A stretch of 63,456 nucleotides of DNA from Limisphaerales bacterium (GTDB lineage: Bacteria > Verrucomicrobiota > Verrucomicrobiia > Limisphaerales > SIBE01). Positions within the stretch are counted from its first letter, which is position 1; each line of letters begins with the position of its first letter. The position numbers and the translations under genes were made by a program. The notes below the pieces were generated by a model. The model was not told the origin of the DNA. It saw only the letters and a program-made list of their open reading frames with translations, and searched no databases. The DNA is taken from NCBI GenBank assembly GCA_044225505.1, contig JBGAIN010000029.1, positions 1-63,456 on the forward strand. Reading direction: 5' to 3'. Below are positions 9,208-19,222 of the stretch, in pieces.

Positions 9208-12200
9208 TCACGGATTCGCAACGCCCGCCGCCGCTCCAATCGCGGCACTTTGTCCACTCAGCGAGGGCTCGCTTCGATTCTTTCGCACGTGCAGCAGCAC
9301 GGGCCGGGACGTTTGGCGCCCAGCCTGCCCCTCCACCGCGTAGCAGAGCCGGTCAGTCTCCGGAACCCAACGCGCAGCCGAGATGAATACCTGCCGCTCA
9401 CTTTGCTCTTTGGGAATAAGGACTCCATTGAGCCCGATATTATCAACGATGATGCCATGCGGCAGATTTTCAACGGAGAACGTCAGAAGATCCGTGTAGC
9501 CATTGCGTTGCACCCGGAGCAGCGCTGGGATCGTTTCGCCCGGGGCAATCGTCAATTCAAGCGGAGTCGGTGCCGAGGCTTTAGTTACCACTGAAGCTTG
9601 CTGAACCTGATTTGACGTTCCCGCAAGTCCAGTGGAAATCCCCGGGTCCGGTTCTAAGAACACCAACAGTTTAGGTTTCTCTCCGAGTCGTACAGAGCCG
9701 AAATTATTGACCGCTTTCACAAACGCTCGCCCTTCAACGTCCGCGCTGGCGGTGACCTGCACCAGAGCCCAATCCGAGGGCGAAGGCTGCGGTGCGTCCG
9801 GCGTCGCGTGAATCGTTCCCTGAGCTTCGGAATGTCCGGCCTCAATCACCAACGGTGTAGCCGCCGAAAACCCGATCGGCAGATGATCGATGCTCACCGT
9901 GATTGGGCCGTCGAAACCGTCCTGGCGTTCGGCTGCAACGGCGAAGCTCTGGCCGCTGCCCGCATTCACCGTCAAGTTGGCTCCTTTCAGGACGACATTG
10001 AAGTCTGGGTCGATCGGACGGATTTGCAAGCGATAGACAAACGGCTCGCCGCTCAACCCCCGGGCGTCCGTCACACAGATCAGGTATTCTCCAGCGGTGG
10101 GGGCGTCAAATATCAGTTTGGAATCCGTTCCTAACTTCCGTTCGCTATCGTCGTCGTTCGCGTAGAAAACCGGAAAGCTTGGGAGGCCGTTGGACGCCCG
10201 TTTCGCCCCGGGCGCGCGCGGCTCCACGATAAAGCAAGGCTCGTCGACGGCATGAGCTGCTGGGCTCGTTCCGAAGTAGCAACGACGTCGTCCGTTTGCA
10301 CTGTAAAAAAGAAACCCAGAATCCGGTCCTTGTGGCGCACGAAACAATCGCACCACCTCGCCTTGGAGATAGAGATACTGATTCAGTTCCATCTCCTCCC
10401 AGTTCACCACCCGGCAATCGGTGCTCTCGGAATCGATTCCGCGAAATGTCACCGCCGAATCCCGGACTGCCTGCAGCAAAATCCTTTCAACCGGCCGGCC
10501 ATCAGGATGGAAGACCTCGATTTTGGTATCGATCGGCGCACCACGCTGCGCGGCCGTGGTTTCAATCACCCAGCGCGCGCCGGCACGCGTGGTGAAGCGG
10601 AAGTAATCCGGGTCGGCCGATCCTTGACCATTCCAGATCCGCCCGGCTATCGCACATGGCACGACCAAGCGATTTGCCAGGTCGGGCTTATCGTTCGGCT
10701 CCACTTCGCGCACCTCTGACTGATCGGTCGCAAGCAGACTAAAAGCGCGGGGCGCCCGAAATCTGTTGAGATCCAGGGGCAGTGGAAATTCCCCCGCCTG
10801 TTCCGGTTTGACAGTGACTTGCGCGTCGGCGGGGAGGTTCCGGCCAATCAATTGCACGGCCGTTTCCTTTCCAACGGGCACGCTCAACGGAAAGTATCCG
10901 GTGACCCAGGGGAAAGTGCCCGCGGAGAGCCGGTAGAAATGGTCCTCCGATCCGACCAGCACCAATTCGCTGACCCGCAGTCGATATTGACCGGCCTCAG
11001 CGAAGCTGTGAGCGAGCGCCGGGTCGTTCGTTCCCACTCCAGTAGCACTCGCGAGCACTTTGCCGTCCGCATCGGACAGAGTTAGAACGATGTCCGATTT
11101 CGAACCTAGCGCCTTGGCACTGGCCTGGAAAACAAGCGTCTTTCCGCGTTCACACGAAAACGAATATTCCTCCACAGTCCCTGGAGTTTGGTGCGTGGCC
11201 CAGGCACTGACGGGCCACGTGTCGAGTGCCGCTTGCGTCACTCGATCCGAACCTCGCAGCAAGTAGCGCTGCGGGAAATCATCCACGAACACCTTGGATT
11301 TGCCAGATTCGCCGTGGGCCGTCTGGAGGGAGAGTTCGTAAGCACCGCGCGGCAGGTCCGCTGGAGTCGTCAATTGAATCCAGACAATCTCGTGGCTGTT
11401 GGTTTCAGTCAGCAATTCGGCCTTCAAGCGCGGGTCCGAAACCTTCACCGCGGTTATTCCGACAAAGTTACTGCCGATCATTTGGAGCCGCAGGGTTGCC
11501 CCGGCTTGGATTCCGCGAGGTTCGAGGCGGGTTAACTGCGGCTTCGGGGGCGGGACGGCCTTTCCCGACATGGCATCGTAAATCTCAAACGACCCATCCA
11601 AACGCCCGACCGCGACGGCCTTGTTCTCATTGACGAACGCCACGGCTGAACCCCAGTCTGGCTGACTTTCAAAAGACAGCTTTTCCTGCAAGTCTGGAAG
11701 GCTCCAGAGTTTCAGAGTTTGATCACTCGCGGAAGAAACCAGGGTCTGGCCATCCGAGGAGAACGCGATCCGCAAAATGGCGCCTTCATGGGCAAACCTG
11801 GACTCCAGGAGTGGGTTGGTCGTTTCCTGCGCCTTGTCGCTTACTTCCCAAATGCGAATGCGATTATCTGCACCGCCAGCGTAGAGCCGCTTGCCGTCCG
11901 GGCTAAAAGCAAGAGAGTTCACGTCCTTCAGGGATTGCGACAGCGTGTCGCGTCGTTCTCCGGACGCCACTTCCCAAAGTTTCACGGTCCGGTCCGAGCT
12001 CGCGCTGGCCAGGATGCGACTGTCCGGGCGGAAGGCCAGGTCAAAGACAGCACCGTTGTGGCCGGAGAGCGTTTTGAGTTCGGCTCCGGTCTCCGCGTTC
12101 CAGAGCTTTATCTTTTGGTCGTAACTCCCTGTCGCCAGAGTCTTGTTATCCGGCGAGAGGGCAACGGCGTAGAGCGCATCGGCATGCCCTTCCAACGTCC

Positions 12201-12918
12201 GGATCCATTTGCCAGTCCCGACGTCCCATTGCCGAACCTCGCCCAGTAAACCCGCTTCTCCTCCCGCGGCGAAGAGCCACTTTCCGTCGCTCGAGAAAGC
12301 AAGAGCATTGACGCTTCCCTTGTGTCCTTGGAGAGTTCGAACCACGGTGCGAGATTCGGCCGACACCAGCTCGACTTCTCCGTAACGAGCGACCGCGATC
12401 CACTTCTTTCCGGGAGCGTAAGCAATGGCGTGAATCGGACGCTTGGGTGTGCCCCGGGGCTCCACCTTGGGAATCTTCAACTCCCGGCTTCGGGCGACAG
12501 TGCTCGTGGGCGCTACCGCACCCGAGTCGATCCACGATTTGAGTAAGGCAATTTCCTCGCCGCTCAGCTTGGGTCGCTTTCCCGGCGGCATGATCCGCCG
12601 TTTGCCATCCCGTTCTAATGAACCTTCGACCATTTTGATCAGGAGGCTATCCGCGCTTTTTCCAGGAATAACGCTAGGGCCGCTCTCACCGCCCTTCATG
12701 AGCGCCGCGAAGTTGTCCAAGACGAGTTTCGCTTCAGGTTCCTGCGCGCTGTGGCAATCGAGACAATGCTTGGCGAAGATCTGATCAACGCTCGCGTCGT
12801 TGACCGACTCCGCGAACGCGCTGAAGGACGGTGCGCATGCCAGCAATGCCACAGCCAGCATTCTGCCGAGCGCCCCACAGTTGGGGGAGTGTCCTAGGCG
12901 CGAGTAACTCGGATTCAT
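9208..12918 (-). CDS. Secreted planctomycete-type cytochrome c / WD40 / PPC-domain protein
   Basis: Signal peptide, CLDCH heme motif followed by GGESG...PG...S.L...MPP...WI..GA, seven WD40 repeats (GH...WD/WN/WE) and EVEPND PPC-like domains. Start at ATG 12918. Confidence 0.88.
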   Translation of the reverse strand: MNPSYSRLGHSPNCGALGRMLAVALLACAPSFSAFAESVNDASVDQIFAKHCLDCHSAQEPEAKLVLDNFAALMKGGESGPSVIPGKSADSLLIKMVEGSLERDGKRRIMPPGKRPKLSGEEIALLKSWIDSGAVAPTSTVARSRELKIPKVEPRGTPKRPIHAIAYAPGKKWIAVARYGEVELVSAESRTVVRTLQGHKGSVNALAFSSDGKWLFAAGGEAGLLGEVRQWDVGTGKWIRTLEGHADALYAVALSPDNKTLATGSYDQKIKLWNAETGAELKTLSGHNGAVFDLAFRPDSRILASASSDRTVKLWEVASGERRDTLSQSLKDVNSLAFSPDGKRLYAGGADNRIRIWEVSDKAQETTNPLLESRFAHEGAILRIAFSSDGQTLVSSASDQTLKLWSLPDLQEKLSFESQPDWGSAVAFVNENKAVAVGRLDGSFEIYDAMSGKAVPPPKPQLTRLEPRGIQAGATLRLQMIGSNFVGITAVKVSDPRLKAELLTETNSHEIVWIQLTTPADLPRGAYELSLQTAHGESGKSKVFVDDFPQRYLLRGSDRVTQAALDTWPVSAWATHQTPGTVEEYSFSCERGKTLVFQASAKALGSKSDIVLTLSDADGKVLASATGVGTNDPALAHSFAEAGQYRLRVSELVLVGSEDHFYRLSAGTFPWVTGYFPLSVPVGKETAVQLIGRNLPADAQVTVKPEQAGEFPLPLDLNRFRAPRAFSLLATDQSEVREVEPNDKPDLANRLVVPCAIAGRIWNGQGSADPDYFRFTTRAGARWVIETTAAQRGAPIDTKIEVFHPDGRPVERILLQAVRDSAVTFRGIDSESTDCRVVNWEEMELNQYLYLQGEVVRLFRAPQGPDSGFLFYSANGRRRCYFGTSPAAHAVDEPCFIVEPRAPGAKRASNGLPSFPVFYANDDDSERKLGTDSKLIFDAPTAGEYLICVTDARGLSGEPFVYRLQIRPIDPDFNVVLKGANLTVNAGSGQSFAVAAERQDGFDGPITVSIDHLPIGFSAATPLVIEAGHSEAQGTIHATPDAPQPSPSDWALVQVTASADVEGRAFVKAVNNFGSVRLGEKPKLLVFLEPDPGISTGLAGTSNQVQQASVVTKASAPTPLELTIAPGETIPALLRVQRNGYTDLLTFSVENLPHGIIVDNIGLNGVLIPKEQSERQVFISAARWVPETDRLCYAVEGQAGRQTSRPVLLHVRKNRSEPSLSGQSAAIGAAAGVANP

Positions 12919-12923
12919 GAATC

Positions 12924-15158
12924 TTAGTGATTGAAGAGAAACTCTTTGCTGCTGAGGAGAGCCCAGTAAACATCTTCCAACGCCGCGCGACGGTCCGAGT
13001 CGGCGGCGTTCGCGAGGGCCGCGAGCATGGTTTCTTTTTCCAGCGGTGTTGGCGCTCGTGACAACCCGCTCCAGAACGCCTGGTCCACCGATTCTCTCGG
13101 GCTCTTTTCGAGTTGTTGCGAAACGACGCTCGCTTTGTCGGCCAGTTTTTTGTTCACGGTCTCCCCGTTCACAATGTGTAACACTTGCGCCATGCTCGGA
13201 GTAGCACTGCGCTCGCATTCACAGGTCTTCTCACGTTCGGGCCGGCCAAAAGTCTTTAGGAAGTAAGAGAAAGTCTTTGTGTCCGGCAACTGCAGAGCGC
13301 GGAATCCGATCGGGTATTTGTCGCCCAAACCCCGGTTTTGGTTGCGCAGATCAATCACGAACTCGCTCGGCACACCCGTAACTTGCGCGTAGGCGTCCAA
13401 GAGAACTTCTGCCCCCAAACGACGCGGATAGTAGTGAGAGTAAAACCGCGTGTCCGCTCCGTTCTCAGCTAGCGTAGCGCTGGACCGTTGGTAGGTTTCA
13501 GACTGCAGAATCGCTCGCATTAATTCTTTGAGATCAAACCGATGCTCCACCAGATACTGAGCGGCGGCTGCTAACAAACGTTCGTTGCTCGCCGGATTCG
13601 TCTTGCGCATATCGTCCACCGCTTCCACTAGTCCAACGCCGAGGAAGTTAGCCCAGATTCGATTGACGATCGCCCGCGCAAAGTAAGGGTTCTCCGGCGC
13701 GACCAGCCAATCAGCGAGGTGCTCGCGCCGGTCCTCTGGCGAATCGATCGGAAACTCCTTGCCTTCCAGCGGGCGTGGCACTTGCGGTCGGCCGGTTAAG
13801 GGTTGATTCAGATCGCCCGAACTCGCCACAAAGATGATGCGGTCCCCTTCCGCCACACCGGTTTTTACCCGGACACGCGCGAAGAGATTCGCCATGCTGT
13901 AATAGTCGCGATTCGTCCACTTCTCCATGGGATGGTTGTGGCACTTCGCGCAATTGATGGACATCCCCAGAAACGCCTGCGAAACGGTTTCGGACAGGCT
14001 CGTAGGATCCTCATGCAAGACGAAGAAATTGGCGGCTCCGTTTTCCAGACTGCTGCCTTTGGCGGTGATTAACTCGCGCACCCAAACATCCCAAGGCGTA
14101 TTGGCCGCCACATTGTTGCGAATCCAGTTGTAATACGCCCACATGGCTGGCGTCCGCAGCTTCTCCCCATTCACGAGCAGAAGGTCAGACCATTTGTAGG
14201 TCCAATAGTCCACAAACTCCGGACGATTCAGTAATCCTGCGATCAGCCGATCGCGCTTGTCCGGCGCGGTATCCCGCACAAACCGTCGCGCTTCATCCGC
14301 GGTTGGCAACGTCCCGATCGTATCGAGGTAAGCGCGCCGCACAAATTCCGCATCGGTTGATCGCGGTGAGGGAGGCAAATTCAGCTGACGCAGCTTGTCC
14401 AAGACCAAGTCATCGATAAAGTTCCGGCGTTTGACATCGGCAAAGGTGTCCGCGGAGATCTTATTCTGGTATGGCACCGTGACCGTCGCGGTGGCGATTT
14501 TACTGAGGTACCAAGCCGTAATCGCTCCCTCGCCATACCCCATGACTTTCACTCGCCCGACGTCACCAACCTGCGTCACCGCGGCATTGGCATCTGTGAA
14601 CTTTGCCCAGCGCGTGACATCCTCTTGATGCCCGTCGTCGAAAATCGCTCGCACGGAAAGTTGTTGTTCATCCCCCGGACGGAGAGACGCTTGATCCGGT
14701 GCGATTTCGATGTGCTCGATCCGCGGCTCGCTCCGGCGCGGACCGGGCGCGCCGTTGGCAATCCACTCGGACAGGATCTTGTACTCCATCGAATCCGTAT
14801 CGAATCGCTTGCCCCCTTTGTGAGGGACCGCCCCGGTCGGTTTGAGAAGCAACAAGCTCCGGGCCGGATCGCTCGGCACAATGCGCCGGCCTGACGCGCC
14901 ATGCGTGAGCGCCAGGTAATCGCCTTCGTCATCATACCCGCGCAAGGACAGCTTGAATCCGTTTTGACCTGCGGCCGCGCCATGACACGCGCCAGCACTG
15001 CAGCCCGCTTTGGCGAGCACTGGCTGGACGTTATTGCGAAAACTCCAGTCCAGCTTCGCTTCTTGCTTTGACGCAGGTTCCCCATTCCCCAGCAGAATAG
15101 AAACACTCCACGCCCCAAGCGTAAAACCGCGCCGCCAGCCGATTAGTGTCCAACGCAT
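12924..15158 (-). CDS. DUF1549/DUF1553 (PSD1) protein with Ig-like domain
   Basis: GCSAGACHG, NFID...RRAYLDTIGTLPT, CAKCHNHP, NPYFARAIVNRIWA, RRLGAEVLLD, FGRP.R...CECER, and a C-terminal EFLFNH. Confidence 0.92.
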   Translation of the reverse strand: MRWTLIGWRRGFTLGAWSVSILLGNGEPASKQEAKLDWSFRNNVQPVLAKAGCSAGACHGAAAGQNGFKLSLRGYDDEGDYLALTHGASGRRIVPSDPARSLLLLKPTGAVPHKGGKRFDTDSMEYKILSEWIANGAPGPRRSEPRIEHIEIAPDQASLRPGDEQQLSVRAIFDDGHQEDVTRWAKFTDANAAVTQVGDVGRVKVMGYGEGAITAWYLSKIATATVTVPYQNKISADTFADVKRRNFIDDLVLDKLRQLNLPPSPRSTDAEFVRRAYLDTIGTLPTADEARRFVRDTAPDKRDRLIAGLLNRPEFVDYWTYKWSDLLLVNGEKLRTPAMWAYYNWIRNNVAANTPWDVWVRELITAKGSSLENGAANFFVLHEDPTSLSETVSQAFLGMSINCAKCHNHPMEKWTNRDYYSMANLFARVRVKTGVAEGDRIIFVASSGDLNQPLTGRPQVPRPLEGKEFPIDSPEDRREHLADWLVAPENPYFARAIVNRIWANFLGVGLVEAVDDMRKTNPASNERLLAAAAQYLVEHRFDLKELMRAILQSETYQRSSATLAENGADTRFYSHYYPRRLGAEVLLDAYAQVTGVPSEFVIDLRNQNRGLGDKYPIGFRALQLPDTKTFSYFLKTFGRPEREKTCECERSATPSMAQVLHIVNGETVNKKLADKASVVSQQLEKSPRESVDQAFWSGLSRAPTPLEKETMLAALANAADSDRRAALEDVYWALLSSKEFLFNH

Positions 15159-15178
15159 AGTAAAGCGTGCCTGAAATA

Positions 15179-16555
15179 TCAGAACAACTCGGTGATCGCT
15201 TGAGTCCCGTAATCCACCAGCGGGAACGGACGGCCATTTGGCCCGGGCAGATGCGCTTCCAGATCGAGACCCAGACTCCGATAGATCGTCGCCACGATTT
15301 CACCAGGCCGCACTGGCCTCTCTACCGGATAAGCCCCAATCTCGTCGCTCTTGCCGACCACCCGTCCTCCTTTCACCCCGCCCCCCGCGAAATAGACCGT
15401 CCAACACTGCGGCCAGTGATCCCGCCCACCTGCAGGATTGATCTTCGGCGTCCGGCCAAACTCCGCGAGATTACAAACTAAAGTCGAATCGAGCATCCCG
15501 CGGTCGGCCAAATCTTCGATCAACGCGCTGTACCCTTGATCGTACATCGGCGCCACGATCTCGCGCATTCCTTGAATCGAAGTAAATGGTTTCGAGCCGT
15601 GAATGTCCCACGTAATCTCGTCGAAGACTGTGATAAACGTGTTCACTGTCACAAACCGCACCCCCGCTTCGATCAATCGACGCGCCAATAAGCACGACTG
15701 GCCAAATCGCGTCATTCCATAGCGTTCACGCACTTTTTCCGGTTCTTTGGCGAGGTTAAAAGCTTCCCGAGCCCGGTCGCTGGTCATCAAGCGATAGGCC
15801 GACGCAAAATTTGCATCCATCAGTTGAGCGTTGGGGCTGGCCTCGAACTCTTTCACGGTCTCATCCACGACCTGGCGTAACGCTTTCCGACGCAGGAGGC
15901 GGGCCTCACCGATCTCGGTGGGTGGCAACAGATCTGGAACTTGAAAATTCTTTTGTGCTGGATCGGCGTTCAGGACGAACGGATCGAAGGCCTTGCCCAA
16001 GAACCCGGCATCCTGTCCGTGTGGCAGGTTCCCACCGGTAGGCCCCATCGGCTCAGGCAAAATGACATGGGCGGGCAAATCACTTCGTCGGCCTGACAGA
16101 TAGCTCAATGCGCACCCCGCGTGTGGAGTATTCGTTCCGCCGGTAAACAACCGCCCTGTCTGCATCATTTGGTGACCCGTATCATGCACGGCGGCGGCGG
16201 TGTGGTAGCACGTTCGCACCAGCGAAAACTTATCCGCCAGCTTGGCATGACGCGGAAAGATCTCGGAAATCTGAATATCCGGGTTATTCGTCCGAATGGG
16301 TTGAAACGGACCTCGAATTTCTCTCGGCGCGTCCGGCTTCATGTCCCAGGTATCCAACTGGCTCGGAGCACCCAAATTGAAAATCATGATCGCCGATCGC
16401 TCGTCCTTGCCTCTACCGATCGCTCCAAACGATTTGAGCGCGGCGTACTTTGAGAGGGATAGGCCGATCGCTCCGAGCGAGCCAACCTGGAGAAAATCGC
16501 GGCGCGTAATCCCGTCGCAAGTTGTGATAGAACCTCGTCCTGTAAATTTCAGCAT
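15179..16555 (-). CDS. DUF1501 family protein
   Basis: Tat-like RRDFLQ, PSQLDTWDMKP, ARRLIEAGVRFV, WDIH, EFGRTP, GRDHW. Confidence 0.93.
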   Translation of the reverse strand: MLKFTGRGSITTCDGITRRDFLQVGSLGAIGLSLSKYAALKSFGAIGRGKDERSAIMIFNLGAPSQLDTWDMKPDAPREIRGPFQPIRTNNPDIQISEIFPRHAKLADKFSLVRTCYHTAAAVHDTGHQMMQTGRLFTGGTNTPHAGCALSYLSGRRSDLPAHVILPEPMGPTGGNLPHGQDAGFLGKAFDPFVLNADPAQKNFQVPDLLPPTEIGEARLLRRKALRQVVDETVKEFEASPNAQLMDANFASAYRLMTSDRAREAFNLAKEPEKVRERYGMTRFGQSCLLARRLIEAGVRFVTVNTFITVFDEITWDIHGSKPFTSIQGMREIVAPMYDQGYSALIEDLADRGMLDSTLVCNLAEFGRTPKINPAGGRDHWPQCWTVYFAGGGVKGGRVVGKSDEIGAYPVERPVRPGEIVATIYRSLGLDLEAHLPGPNGRPFPLVDYGTQAITELF

Positions 16556-16888
16556 ATAGGAAATCACTTTCCCAATCGTCCAATCTTTTTAGAGTCAAGG
16601 ACTTCCAAGCAAGCAACGCTCCCTGGGTGCTGGGAACGGATTAAGAACTGGTGTTGGCAGTACTCTAGGCTTTGCGAGTCTCCCCTGCAAACAGAAAGAA
16701 TTGAAGCGATCGCGGGACATGGACGGGGTTCAGAGTCAGGCTGGAGAGCGCATAAGTCCATCGTACTGGGGCGGATCCGTCGAATACCATCGGGCCGCGC
16801 GACACCATTCTGCACTTATACAGCGTCCGGAAGCGCCTTTTTTGGAGCTTCTGGCCTTTTTTGAGCCCACAAGACGTGCCGTTCAACC

Positions 16889-16960
16889 CGCACGCTAAAC
16901 GCACGCTAAACGCACGCTAAACGCACGCTAAACGCACGCTAAACGCACGCTAAACGCACG
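16889..16960. repeat. 11-bp tandem repeat (CGCACGCTAAA) x6.5
   Basis: Six perfect units plus CGCACG, in an intergenic region between divergent genes. Confidence 0.97.
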
Positions 16961-17213
16961 TTTTGATGCGCTTGAGTTGCCTTTGAGTTGGGATGGGGAT
17001 GGGTTTGGTTCGGATACATTCCGAATCCACCTTGTCGCGGCGGGGCGAAAAAGGCCTCAGGAGAAAAAGGGTCAACTAGATCGACAAGGCAGAGGGTCCG
17101 ATCGGAAGTCACCACCCCTCAGTTTAGCCACTGTTTTAAGGTTACGTAGCTCCACTTAAACGAGCAGGATGCAAACCGTCCTTACTCCTTTCGCAGCAGT
17201 GACAACTGACGAC

Positions 17214-17241
17214 TTGCATTTTGCGTTACGGCCGCTAAGAT
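17214..17241 (+). promoter_or_regulatory. Putative sigma70 promoter for the RRM gene
   Basis: TTGCAT-N16-TAAGAT, implying a leader of about 130 nt. Confidence 0.4.
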
Positions 17242-17378
17242 CTGGGTTATCCGTCAAGCAAAACTGAGAGATTCGGATATTGTCATTGAGTGCTCATCGA
17301 GCAGTGATGATTGAGACCTAATCCAGGAACGTTGATCTTTCCGCTGAGCGGGACGGAACCAAACCCAAACCCAACGAT

Positions 17379-17720
17379 ATGGCAACCAGGTTATTTGTAG
17401 GTAACCTCACGTACAATTCTACCGAAAACGACCTCCAGGACTACTTTTCTCAAGCAGGCACCGTCGTTTCGGTCGACATCATGCAGGATCGCGCTACGGG
17501 CCGTTCCCGAGGCTTCGCATTTGTGGAAATGAGTTCCCAAGCCGAAGCCACAAAGGCTGTTGAGATGTTCCACCAGAAGGAGTTTCAAGGCCGTACCCTG
17601 ACCGTCAACGAAGCGCGCCCACGTGAAGAACGAGGCGGTGGCGGTGGCGGCGGAGGGGACCGCGACTATCGAGGCGGCGGTGGCGGTGGCGGTGGTGGCG
17701 GATACCGAGGTCGCCGTTAA
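17379..17720 (+). CDS. Glycine-rich RRM RNA-binding protein
   Basis: RNP2 LFVGNL, RNP1 RGFAFVEM and a Gly/Arg-rich tail. Confidence 0.96.
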   Translation: MATRLFVGNLTYNSTENDLQDYFSQAGTVVSVDIMQDRATGRSRGFAFVEMSSQAEATKAVEMFHQKEFQGRTLTVNEARPREERGGGGGGGGDRDYRGGGGGGGGGGYRGRR

Positions 17721-17743
17721 TCAAAATTCTCCATCCCACGAAG

Positions 17744-17776
17744 ACACCGCCGCTTCCAGTGGCGGTGTTTTATTTT
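17744..17776 (+). terminator. Intrinsic terminator between convergent genes
   Basis: Stem ACACCGCCGCT/AGTGGCGGTGT followed by TTTATTTT. Confidence 0.75.
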
Positions 17777-19152
17777 AGGAATTTGCCCGGATTCAAGATT
17801 CCCCTGGGATCCACCGACTGTTTGATTGACAGATGAAGGGCGCGCAACTCCGGGGAAGCAGCCAGAGGCCACCAGCGCTTCTTGGCCAAGCCAATCCCGT
17901 GTTCGCCGGTGATCACCCCGTCCAGGCTAAGAACAAAGCGAAACAGTTCATCCAACGCCGCTTCCTGCCGCTCGGCATGGCCCGCCTGGTTCTCGTCGAC
18001 CATGATGTTGACGTGGATATTCCCGTCGCCCGCATGACCAAAGCAGGCCACCGGGAAACCGAATTTCTTCTGCAGCTTCCCCGAAAAACGAAACAATTCC
18101 TCGATTCGGCCGCGAGGCACCACGACGTCTTCGTTGAGTTTCGTCAACCCTGTGTCGCGCAAGGCAAAGGAAAACTCACGCCGCAACTGCCAGAAACGCT
18201 CCACTCCGTCCGCGCCCAAGCCGCGTTGCACAAAAAGGGGCTGCGTCTTGCGAACACTCTTCTCTAAGGCGCGCAACTCCGATCGGACGGAGGCTTCCTG
18301 GCCGTCCAGTTCAACGATCATATGGGCGCCGCATCCCGCTAGAAGCTGGCTCCCAGTTCTTTTGGCCGCCGCCGCCAGAGTAAAAGCATCGGCGATTTCC
18401 AAGGCGCTGGGCAAGAATCCGCCCTCGAAAATTGCCGTTAAAGCACGACTGGCATTGGCGGTAGAGGCGAAGCCAATCGCCAGACACGCTCGGTAAGGCG
18501 GCAGCGGCAGGAGCTTCAGGGTCGCTTCGGTCACGACTCCCAGAAGTCCCTCCGAACCGACAAAGAGGCGAGTCAGGTCGAAGCCAGCCTTGTTCTTGTG
18601 GGTGCGACCGCCCGTGCGCACAACTGTTCCGTCCGCCAAAACGACTTCCAGGCCGAGCACGTACTCGCGGGTCACGCCGTATTTCAAACAGCGTGGGCCA
18701 CCCGCATTGCTGGCAATATTGCCACCGATCGTTGAGTTGGCTCGGCTCGCGGGATCTGGGGGGTAGTACAAACCTCTCTTCTCGACCGCCTGCTGGAGGG
18801 TCTCGGTGATAACCCCAGGTTGAACGACCGCGACAAAATCACGAGAGTGGATCTCCTTAATCCGCTTCATCCGCGCCAGCGAGAGCGCAATACCACCATG
18901 GAGTGGCACGCAGCCCCCCACGTAGCCATAACCCGCCCCGCGTGGTGTGATTGGAATCCGGTGCTCGTGGGCAAAACGTAGGATGGACGCGACCGATTGC
19001 GTGGTCTTAGGCAAGGCAACCGCGTCAGGCAAGTGCGAGGCGAACCATTTATCCCCGGAGTGGGCTTGCAAGGTCGCCGGGTCTAATCGGAGCTCTCCAG
19101 CAGGCAACTGACGCTGCAGATCGATCAAGGAAGAACGCAGACTCGATTTCAT
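17770..19152 (-). CDS. FAD-linked oxidase, GlcD / D-2-hydroxyacid dehydrogenase family
   Basis: PRGAG, YPPDPAS, TIGGNIASNAGG...KYG, HAGDGNIH, GEHGIG and LNPGK. Confidence 0.92.
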   Translation of the reverse strand: MKSSLRSSLIDLQRQLPAGELRLDPATLQAHSGDKWFASHLPDAVALPKTTQSVASILRFAHEHRIPITPRGAGYGYVGGCVPLHGGIALSLARMKRIKEIHSRDFVAVVQPGVITETLQQAVEKRGLYYPPDPASRANSTIGGNIASNAGGPRCLKYGVTREYVLGLEVVLADGTVVRTGGRTHKNKAGFDLTRLFVGSEGLLGVVTEATLKLLPLPPYRACLAIGFASTANASRALTAIFEGGFLPSALEIADAFTLAAAAKRTGSQLLAGCGAHMIVELDGQEASVRSELRALEKSVRKTQPLFVQRGLGADGVERFWQLRREFSFALRDTGLTKLNEDVVVPRGRIEELFRFSGKLQKKFGFPVACFGHAGDGNIHVNIMVDENQAGHAERQEAALDELFRFVLSLDGVITGEHGIGLAKKRWWPLAASPELRALHLSIKQSVDPRGILNPGKFLK

Positions 19153-19222
19153 GAAATTGAAGCACCGGTGCCGAACAATCGGCCCGTGCCAGCCGCTAGG
19201 CTGCGGCAAATCTCGTTGAGGA

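Noticed and set aside
8118..9386. Several overlapping ORFs (ITITMKMK, DYDEDE, LHLHRN and neighbours)
   Set aside because: They are translations of the MITE, microsatellite and REP DNA, with no protein-like features.
12919..13218. N-terminal extension of the 1336-aa ORF, and similar extensions on the ORFs ending at 50272, 61143, 20317 and 39253
   Set aside because: They overlap the upstream genes. Downstream ATGs give proper signal peptides or family N-termini.
16889..16960. Tandem repeat as a CRISPR array or plasmid iterons
   Set aside because: No spacers and no rep gene. It is a simple head-to-tail 11-mer.
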